A stretch of DNA of 64,000 nt. It comes from Eledone cirrhosa (taxonomy: Eukaryota). Below are positions 54,399 to 64,000 of this stretch, in pieces. The position numbers were made by a program, and so were the translations under genes. Positions within the stretch are counted from its first letter, which is position 1, and every line of letters starts with the position of its first letter. Under the pieces are notes generated by a model. It saw only the letters and a list, made by a program, of their open reading frames with translations, searched no databases and was not told the DNA's origin. The DNA lies in NCBI GenBank assembly GCA_964016885.1, contig OZ024740.1, positions 174,778,001-174,842,000 of the forward strand, read 5' to 3'.

Positions 54399-56579
54399 AG
54401 GGTTGTAACTTGATATTTCACTATGTATGTATGCATATATATATATACACACAACCGTACGTGTGTAACCTTCTGTAGTGACAGAATACAGTACATTTTT
54501 GCCGGCCGATGTACAGGAGATCAGATCTCTTAGTATAAAGTCATTTCTGTAAGGTGACATTTCATGCGAACGACCCTATCCATTTCTCTTTCTACTTCTG
54601 TTATAGTGATGGATCAACTGACAATAAATAAATGTCATTGCATATCTCTCATCTGTTTATCTATATATATGTGTATATATGTATATATATATAGCTGGAT
54701 ATATATAAATGTGTGTGTGTATATATATATATATATATAGGTTGTTTACGGGTTTGTTTTTGTCAACCGGGTGACCTTAAGTTTTTTTTTTTGTTTTTTT
54801 TACAAAATGTATCCACGACGTCCTTAACCTTTCTTTCTCTCTCACACTAGTTTATTTCCTATCTTTTCACTAAAATTTGTTAAAGCGCTCCTCTAATATG
54901 ATACTGTGGTCGTGGGTGGGTTTTATGTCACTTATGAACTCGAAAAACATTTATGAAATAAATGGAGAATTTTCGTGTGTGTGTGTATTCGAAGTACGAG
55001 CGATTGTGTTTTTCATCACTACATATTAACATAACCTGAACTTTAATATATGAAGACATACATGTTTGGAAATATTTTCATCTGATTTTTGGTTGGTAAC
55101 TGTCATTTCTGATAGATGAATTGTTTCTCGTCTCACGTGTGCATTTATTATAGCTTCACAATCGTCCACTTATAATTAACGCAGTTATTAGATGTTTTAC
55201 CAACCTTGAATACTGACAGTTCGTTTTTCTTCCCCTGTAATATGTTGAACTGATAGACGACAGTCGTGTTCTTATGAATTGCTAATCACCATTATTGTTG
55301 TTGTTATATCGTGGTAGTTGTGTGAAATGGCATCAAACTCTATTCTATTTTCCTAAAAATTGATTCTTTCCTCCGCTTCTACATACTACATCTTGTTTGT
55401 CTTTAAAGTGATAACCTTATTTTCACCGGAGCCTTTAAATCAATACCTGTCTGTGTTGCTTTTCAACCCAGGGAGGAAAAATCACTGTATTCTGTGCTAA
55501 CTTTTTGTTTCCATATCTATTTTCGGTTTCTCTGGAATTTTTTTTTATATTCCATGTCATTCACTCCAACTTAGCCATCACGTTTCTTTATTTCCTTTTT
55601 CTTTGATGCCGGTGCTACCTTGATTGATACGAGATTTACTGATAAAGTCCAGCATCTTTTATTAGAAATGCCCCTGGCAACATTTTGTGAAATAGGTCAT
55701 GGTGTCAATGCACTTTATCTAACAGGTGGAACCTTTCAGCTCTTTTTTTTACACCAGTAACACTTAATTTATACTTTTCACATTTTCCCATTTTGATTTA
55801 GATGTGGAAATTTATTTTTCTGTTGTCTTACATTCTAAATGTTATCGTAACACAAATAGATCTGCAAATTTTGAGCACAATAAGGATCAAGATATTTTAA
55901 TAGTTGATTTTCACTCGATTTATTTTATTCCCTAAACACCTTAAACCCATATTGTTATTAACGGTGGTCGTAAAAATAAGACTTCTATTTAAATTTATAG
56001 CATTTGAATACCTTCACAATCATGTACAAGAGTTGTCTGTCACCTTCACAAAAATGACTGTCATAGTGGTGGTGATATCGCTGAGAGGCAATCGTGTCTG
56101 ATTTAATGGTTAATTTGTATTGTAAATTATTGGTCCGTTCACTAGTACGTAGCGAGCTAGTTGAATATGTTGTATCTACTGTAGTAACATTATTACCTGC
56201 CTTTACGATCTGAGTTCAAATCCCGCCGAGGTTGACTTTGCCTTTCATCCTTACGGGGTCGATAAAATAAAGTACCAGTAATGCACTGGGTAATTGCTGG
56301 CCTTGTGCCTAAAGTAGAAACAATTATCTACCTGTCGTCACTTTTTTAACGTCTTTTTCTGCTATCATACCACCCACCCACCATATTGACACATCCTGTC
56401 GTTCTAAATTTTCTTATTAAAGACTGTCATTTCGCTGTCTTTCATTTAACAGATGTCATAGCTATTTATTAGAAGAAATGTATTTTCAATGAAAATCTTA
56501 TTTTCCATTTTTATCTTCAGATGCTAGCACAATTTTATTACTTCCGTATAACATAGAATACTTGGTTTTTAACCTCAAT

Positions 56580-56610
<31 letters not shown>

Positions 56611-59082
56611 AGTTCATTAAGCCTAAACGTTTTAAAATTTTTGTTATTTTGTATTTTATTTTTCTCTGTGTATCTGATTATACCCATACCGGTTTCCTCC
56701 AAATCTCGGTGTTTCATTATCTTACCTTATTGCTGTAAGCCGTCTAGTTAATTTAAAGTTTCTTTTCATGTATTGAAAGATGTTGCGACACTTCAGTTTC
56801 TTCTCCCTTAAGAAAGTCACCAGTTTCATGTGTTTTTTAGAATATTATTATTGTTTTTTTGTTTTTTTTTATTATTATTAAAATATTACTACTTTGATAT
56901 GTTGAAAAAAAAAATGTTGCCTACCTCTTAAGTTCAACACTGTTTCGTCCTGACCTTCTAATGACCTTTCTAAAGTGGCACAGCCTAAAAATCCTATGTA
57001 ACAATCTGACGCCTGCTGCTAACTGGTTGGCTAGAAAACGTTGAGCTTGTCCAGTTGTAGCACCTGTTATTTTATTTTCGTTTTACACCACCATCTCACT
57101 TTTGTTTTTATGGATTTAACCTTTCTTAGCTTATTCCCTTCCCTCTAATCTCCATTGAATTTTATCTTTGCATCTCTATTAATTTGTTAGTCATAATTTT
57201 AGATTTTCTTCTTTTTTTTATGTATATTTCTTGTAACCTTGACCTAAGATAACCTGTGTATAATAACTTTTGAATGTTATATAGCTTAAATTGGTTCGCT
57301 AATGTGGGGGGGGGGGGGGGGTCATTAAAAGGTAGCTGAATGAATGTTGTGTGCTATCGAGATTTTGTCTTTTACTTAATCTCTCTGGGATCGCGAAAAT
57401 AATTGCCAGTAATATGGGGTAGTATCAAAACATTCGATTATACTTCATTTAGAAAATTGGTCCAGTGTTTAATAAAACTAAATGATCTTAGTAAAAATTA
57501 GTTGCAGTTTTAATGTAGTGATATATTTCAAAATCCAAAAGAAAAAAAATGTTTTCATCACATTCTCATTTAAAATCATAAGCAATAAATATTTATTTTT
57601 CTTTACAATGTTTCATATATGATGGTTGAAGGCTATTAATGCTCTGGACATATGCCTGTCGATGACAGGTTTAAACATAACTACAGATGTTGGTTGAGCC
57701 CCTAACCTTAAGCAAAGCAGGGTAGAGAATCCTAAATAATTTATTGGTTGTACGCAGTATCTCTTCATTCGGCGAACGAGCGAGTCGCTAAGTGGTCACT
57801 TGTTCTGTTAAAAATAGCAGCCAAATTTCACTCAAAACATTCTACTGCTTTAAATAAATGACACATTAGACAATGTAGTCCAAGATAATGGTCACGATTG
57901 GAATGCCTTTGATCAGGTTGACCTGGAGGACAAAAATGAGCAATCGTTCCATGGTTTTGCTGCAATATCTATATTTGTAGAAGTATCCAACACACGATGA
58001 AAATGGATTTCAAATGTATATTGTTGTTAGTCTTCATAGAACATAAACATGATTTTCAACTTTTTTTTTTAATTCCCTTCAAATAAACCGGTAACATCTA
58101 AATAGTATTATGTTGCCTCTTATTTTACATATGATAATAATTATTGTATTAGTATTTATGATATTGATTCAATCAATTTCATTGCCCTAGTTAAGTGAAA
58201 TTGGGGGGAATTTGGCTTTGGTTAGCTAGCTTCAATTTTACTAAATTGTGTTTATATAGTTGAGAAACAGATTTACCTAATATATTTAACTAATAGTTTT
58301 GGTTCCTGAATATTCTTATATATTTTTGAAATCACTTAAAATAAATGATAGTGTGTTAAAAATGGTACTACTGCAATGTAAGACAGCTAAATATTGATTA
58401 GTGTTTCTGCTGCTGCATTAACAGCAGCAGCATCTCAGTAACGCTTATGGATTCCTGTTTTGCCAACTACAATTATCTTAACTGCTTAATGTTTAGCATC
58501 TTAAGACTGGATAACTTCAATTTACAATTAAAAATCTGCTGATGAATCAAAAAAATGTTATGAAATCATCTGTTTGCCCTCGGCCCTTTCCATTCTGAGT
58601 TCAAATACCGCCGAGGTCAACTTTGCCTTTCATCCTTACGATGTCGATAAAATAAAGTACCAGTAATGTACTGAGTAATCGCTGGCCTTGTGCCAAAAGT
58701 AGAAACAATTATTATCATCATTCCTCTTTTCTTTAGCTACTGCTTCTAGTTCTACTCCTTGCTGACAGATTTTGTCACTGGTATGAAATGTATAGTGTCA
58801 GTGAACTGTTGAAGCAACACATTTTTCTTATTGTGTTCGTTGCATAACATAAAAAGTAAACCTATTATTGTTGGCCTACTGGTCTTTTGGTGGGATTAAC
58901 CTTTTAGTGAGTGCATGCTTAGTTGCTGTCCATTGTAATGGATTATAGCAGTCATTTAATGAAATTCGTGTCTATCTATAATAACCAATTAACATAACGA
59001 ATTATTGTAACATTTAAGTTTCTACTTGATCACTTCAGCAAGAACATAAAATATTGTAACAATCCTATCAAATATTCAATTT

Positions 59083-59118
<36 letters not shown>

Positions 59119-62100
59119 TAAATACTACTTGAAATTTCAGTTCATATGTACTAAATATGAAATGTGTGGAAAGCCTCATTTTCTGCATATGTTTGTAGCT
59201 TCTCAGTTACAGCAGTGGCAGCCACAATAGTGACTACTACTGTTTGCAATAAAACCTCTTCACAGCTCTAGTGATTCTGTTGGCTTTGCTTTTACTGCTT
59301 GTCAAGAAAATCAATAAAATTGTAGCTATCAGGAAAAGAAGCCATTATTCAGTTCAGTGCTACCATAATGCTGCTATTACTAACAATGTCGTTGTCGTAT
59401 AGCCTACTAGACTGGACAGGCTTCTTCTAAACCTGTCCAACTGTATATATATATATATCTACATATGTCTGCAATTTTTCATTTAATATTTAACATATCA
59501 GCTCCTTTTTCTTACTCATTTAGTCCTCTAACATCTGAAGGACATAAAGTGTTAATTAGACTTTTTTAAACTTTTGATGTCTTAATTCTCACTGATGCTT
59601 TAAAAGCAGATATATTGCCTCATACTCATACCAGTATTGATTAGGTGTGAAGAAGGCTGGAGGCTTACAGAAAATGTATATGACCTTCAAAAGTTCTTAA
59701 TATTTCTAAACTCAGTGTATCATATTTTTCATTATTATATCTTGAATATATTGGAACTGAATTCTTATGCATTTTTACATGGAAAGTGATTTAACTGCTG
59801 AAATTTAAAAGCTAATTCTGCTGCAAAGGTTTGCTTTAGTGTTTGCATAAGTAAACTTGTTTTAAACCAATTGTAATGCTGGTTAATACTTCAATTGGCA
59901 CACAATGTGCATCTATAAATAATCAGTGTTAAGTATGACTTTTTATCTATAATTATACCATTTCAAAGTATTTGACTCTAGCCAGAAGCAGCTACTTAAT
60001 CTGCTTCATCCTTGATAAAGTCTAACTACTGACAGACAGGTTAGTGTCAGTTGGTTGGGATAATGGGGGATCAGAGCAACTCTTAATATCAGTGGCTCAC
60101 TGCTTTATTTTCGTACTACCCGAGTGAAATCTATCAAACACTACCAGTTGATCATATACATCAGTTGATTACTCAAGGATCTAAGGAGTACAAAATTCCA
60201 TTTGGATTACTTTTAAAAATTATTGCTTGGAAAATTGCATTATTACTATGATTCTCTCTTGGAGTATTATTTCACTGTGATGTCAAACTAATTTGCTCTC
60301 TACCAATTATGTCTGAAGGAGACAAGAAACCCATAATGGTCACTAATAACCAGGTTAGATTTTATCTTTTATCTAATGGCACATTGAAAAAAACTGATTT
60401 GAGAAATTTTTTTTTTCTCTTTAACATTGGAAGATTAGATTTTTGTTGGTAAAACATCTTTATTCATTTCAATACAGACTCCAGATCACCTTGTGTTTTG
60501 ATATTTTAAAAATGTTTTCTAAGTCATGTTTTATTTTATTTTTAGGGTCCTCGGGCTGAGAGCTACCGATATGCTGTCACCCCAGGAGGCCAGGAGAAGA
60601 AGAAGGGGAAGAAGAAGGGGGAAGATCTCGATGAACTTAAACAGGAATTGGATATGGTAAATTGATTGATTTTTAATTGTTCTTTAATGTAATGGCATTT
60701 TCTTGTCTACATCACAATTGACTATATAATGTTATATTTCCAGCTTGTCATAATGTAAAAGTTGCTCTTTGAAATAATCCAAATAAGTATATGTCTGTAT
60801 ATTATTACTTTGTAGTTTTAAATAATTCTGCTGGAATATTTTCAATATTATAAAATATCATTGAGCCCAATTTTTGCTTTATTGACATGAATATATTATG
60901 GTTGAAAGCATTATTTTCAGAATATTTGTGAAAAGTTGTGTAAATTTAAATTTGTAGCATACAACATAAAATATTTCTCAATTGTTCATAAATTTGAGTT
61001 ATGTTGCTTTTCAATTAAGCTTTTCAATTCACAAGAATTGATCATTTTACTGCTGCAAGTACTTACGAACTTTATTTCCCCTTAATATTTATTTGGTTCA
61101 TTGTTTTTATACATAATTAATATTCTGCTTGTATTCTTTCCTGTTGGGAGTAGCTTTTCAAATGTTTGGTGCAACTGATTTAACAACTAGAAAAGCACAA
61201 TCCAATGTTTACAATAGTGAAACCCTGAGTATCTGACCAATAGAACAGGACCATAGCATCACTATGGCTGCTCTTTAACTCACTACGACTGCTCTCTTAC
61301 TTAGGTATATTGGTAAATTCATCTGGAAGTGTTAGTCAATTTTAACCATTTAAAAATTTTAAATTTAATAATTTTCTGACATTTATAATCTTTGAAAATC
61401 GTATTTTGTTAAGTATAAGGTCTTTTTTTTTTTTTTTTTTTTTTTTCCTTTTATTTAAATGATTTGACTTTTGCTTCATCATTTAACTTCCATTTTCTAC
61501 GTTAGCATGGGTTAGACGGGTTGCCCCGTTGTGAGATAAGCTAGGTCTAATGACCATGACTCCCTCATACAGGACTGGTTTTACAATTAAATATCTGTAC
61601 TGTGATATAATAATTTTAATCGCACTATATATTTGCCTGTGTTTTATTATTAGAAATCTGGATGTTTTGGTTGGCTTATTTCTTATATGTTCACTCAATT
61701 TCTCATTTTTTACACCAATACTCTTATTTTTTTTTAAAAAAAGAATTTATTTTTTATTTTTTAGGATGAACATAAAGTAGCCATTGAAGAACTTTACCAA
61801 AGGTTAGGAACAGACCCAGCACGAGTAAGTGCAATTATACTAAGAAAACTTAATTTTACTTTTGCTATAAGTTTTAAATTGCTTTGAGTTTTTTTTGGTT
61901 TTTATTTTATCTTAGCAATTAGTTTATTGCATAAAAAGCCAAACTTGCTGTCTTCAATTCAGTATTCATGCCAACCCTTACTTATGGTCATGAATCTTGT
62001 GTAAAGATTGAAAGCAGCTGGAATGGGGTTGCTTTAAAGGATCTTTGGAGTAAAATTACTTGATAGAGTGCATAGCTTAGAGATGAGTCACTCCAGGTAG

Positions 62101-64000
62101 AGCTGCTACTTCTCTGAATTGAGAGATCACAGCTCTGATACTATGGTCATGTGGTTAGACTGTCTCGGGAAAGAATTGCTGGACAGATTTTATGGGCAGG
62201 CGACCCAGGGGTAGACCCCAAGCAAGATGATTGGATAACATCCATGACCTTGGCTGGTCTTGCTTGGGGATCCAGTTGGAGACAGTTGCTTCTGACAGGA
62301 CCCACTGGAAGGAGTGTTGAGGACTCTGCTCCCACGGTCTTCTCAGGAATAAGTGGGCAAAGAAGTATAATAGATTTGATTTTTATCTACATGATTATTA
62401 TAAAATTATCTTTTTTTCTTAATTTTAGGGTCTCAGTCCAGAACGGGCTAAAGAAGTTCTCTTGCGTGATGGACCGAATTGCCTTACCCCACCAAAAACT
62501 ACACCAGAATGGGTCAAGTTTTGCAAAACACTATTTGGTGGTTTCTCGATGTTGCTGTGGATTGGAGCTATATTATGTTTTATTGCCTATGGTATTCAAG
62601 CAGGGACTTATGATGACCCACCCGGCGATAATGTGAGTGTTCTGTGCTGTGCCTCAGTTAAAAATTTACTGGAATGGGATTCGTAGCTGAAATTTTAATA
62701 TTTTTGTTGTTCTTTTATGTAGAATGTATTTACATATTTTTTGTCTTGTTTATTTGCAGAAGAAAATAAATATTAGAATAATTGCTGCTTGACTTTAAAT
62801 GCCTGTGCATATTCTTTTATTCTTTTACTTATTCCAGTCATTAGACTGCAACAATGCCGGTGCACCACCTTGATTTAGTCGAACATTTTGACTTCAGTGC
62901 TTTTTTTTAAAGTCTGGTACTTATTTTATTGATATCTTTCCTGTTGAATTACAGGAAACAGACATACTTATAAATGTGTGTGTGTGTATATATATATATA
63001 TACCAAATCCCACTCACAAGGTTTTAGGTCAGCCTGGTGTTATACTAAAAGCCACTTGCCTAAGGTGCTGTGCAGCATGACTGAATCCAAAACTATATGG
63101 TTTCGAAATGTTGTTTATGACAATCAATCATTGTATTATTGCAATGTTCAAATCAATCCAATCCACTTTGTAAAGTACTTTGGTACAATTTATCTGTGAA
63201 GCAATAAGGCTTGTAGTCAGCATTGATAATAAACATCAGTATGTCACTATCTTTCAATGGTTTCGACTCAGAAGTTTATATATATAACTACATTTTATTA
63301 TTTTCACTAAAATTAAAGATATCATTATTATTTTCATTAAAACTAAAGAAATCATTAATATTTTTACTAATGCAAAATTTCTTTTTTTTTTTTAGTTATA
63401 CCTAGGTATTGTGCTGACTGCTGTAGTAGTTGTCACAGGCATATTTTCCTACTATCAAGAGGCTAAAAGTTCTAGAATTATGGACTCCTTCAAAAACATG
63501 GTACCACAAGTAAGTACTAAAGTTTTTTCTTTTCAGGCTAACTTTGAATTGAATAGTGGTAGATGTAACATGTAACTTCTAAGTTAATGTTTTGATTAGA
63601 CTTGGCATTCATAAAGTTTTTAATTATTTTTCTCTTTATAGTATGCTGTTGTTTTAAGAAGTGGAGAAAAGTTAAACGTACATGCTGAAGACCTTGTAGT
63701 TGGAGACGTAGTAGATGTGAAATTTGGAGATCGTGTCCCAGCTGATATCCGTGTCATTAGTGCTCACAGTTTTAAGGTAGTTTGACTTTCTAGTTTTTCT
63801 TTCCCTTTTAATTTATATAATCTGATTTTTTAGTTTTACTTGTTCACAATGTCACTGAATTGTGTAATTTTCTATTTTCAGGTAGACAACTCATCACTTA
63901 CTGGAGAATCTGAACCACAATCAAGATCAGCTGAGTTCACTAACGAGAACCCATTAGAAACAAAGAATTTAGCTTTTTTCTCAACCAATGCTGTAGAGGG
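53274..64000 (+). CDS. ATP1A: Na+/K+-transporting ATPase alpha subunit, 5' part (coding exons 1-7; gene continues beyond window)
   Basis: Spliced GT-AG exons give [20 protein letters not shown]...[15 protein letters not shown]...[19 protein letters not shown]...(TM1, TM2)...YYQEAKSS...GDRVPADIR...[14 protein letters not shown]...FFSTNAVEG. Confidence 0.97.
60546..60656 (+). CDS. ATP1A: Na+/K+-ATPase alpha exon 2
   Basis: tttag|GGT...ATG|gtaaat; [37 protein letters not shown]. Confidence 0.95.
61765..61824 (+). CDS. ATP1A: Na+/K+-ATPase alpha exon 3
   Basis: [20 protein letters not shown]; ag/gtaagt borders. Confidence 0.95.
61935..62362 (+). mobile_element. RTE LINE 3' fragment in ATPase intron 3
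   Basis: Homologous to 30165-30630 (GACCCAGGGGTAGACCC...CAGGAATAAGTGGGC). Confidence 0.88.
62429..62632 (+). CDS. ATP1A: Na+/K+-ATPase alpha exon 4 (TM1, H1-H2 loop)
   Basis: [22 protein letters not shown]...[16 protein letters not shown]; gtgagt donor. Confidence 0.97.
63396..63509 (+). CDS. ATP1A: Na+/K+-ATPase alpha exon 5 (TM2)
   Basis: [38 protein letters not shown]. Confidence 0.97.
63642..63776 (+). CDS. ATP1A: Na+/K+-ATPase alpha exon 6
   Basis: [10 protein letters not shown]...[20 protein letters not shown]. Confidence 0.97.
63882..63999 (+). CDS. ATP1A: Na+/K+-ATPase alpha exon 7 (A-domain TGES)
   Basis: [40 protein letters not shown]; 3' border at the window edge, so inferred. 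Confidence 0.95.

Noticed and set aside
58535-58575. CTGATGA...GAAA-TCA-TC in ATPase intron 1
   Set aside because: No credible stem I or stem II; treated as a chance match.
56145-58711. Intronic SINE pair as an ADAR dsRNA substrate
   Set aside because: Both copies are in the same orientation and cannot pair.

Overview
Eukaryotic, AT-rich, microsatellite-dense genomic DNA, inferred to be coleoid cephalopod (Octopus-like) from the SINE and microsatellite content and the ATPase sequence. The first ~50 kb holds no host gene and is a stack of nested mobile elements: a Penelope-like (GIY-YIG) remnant, a near full-length R4/Dong-type RLE LINE, RTE LINEs, mariner, hAT and Chapaev-like fragments, Helitron-like pieces and many tRNA-derived SINEs. 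The last ~11 kb holds coding exons 1-7 of a Na+/K+-ATPase alpha subunit (+ strand, running off the window). The main unexplained signal is at least seven sequence-distinct families of short non-coding elements, each carrying a type I hammerhead ribozyme (HHR) fold. They sit in (TA)n tracts and are usually built as head-to-head fold-backs. The best example is a 310-bp HHR monomer repeated ~3.6 times and then ~3.4 times inverted (10975-13140), resembling a retrozyme concatemer. One family carries an unusual CAGAAGA core, and several have very long stem II insertions and a mismatched first stem II pair. All folds were derived by eye and no ribozyme activity is demonstrated. Most short ORFs in the supplied track are microsatellite artefacts.
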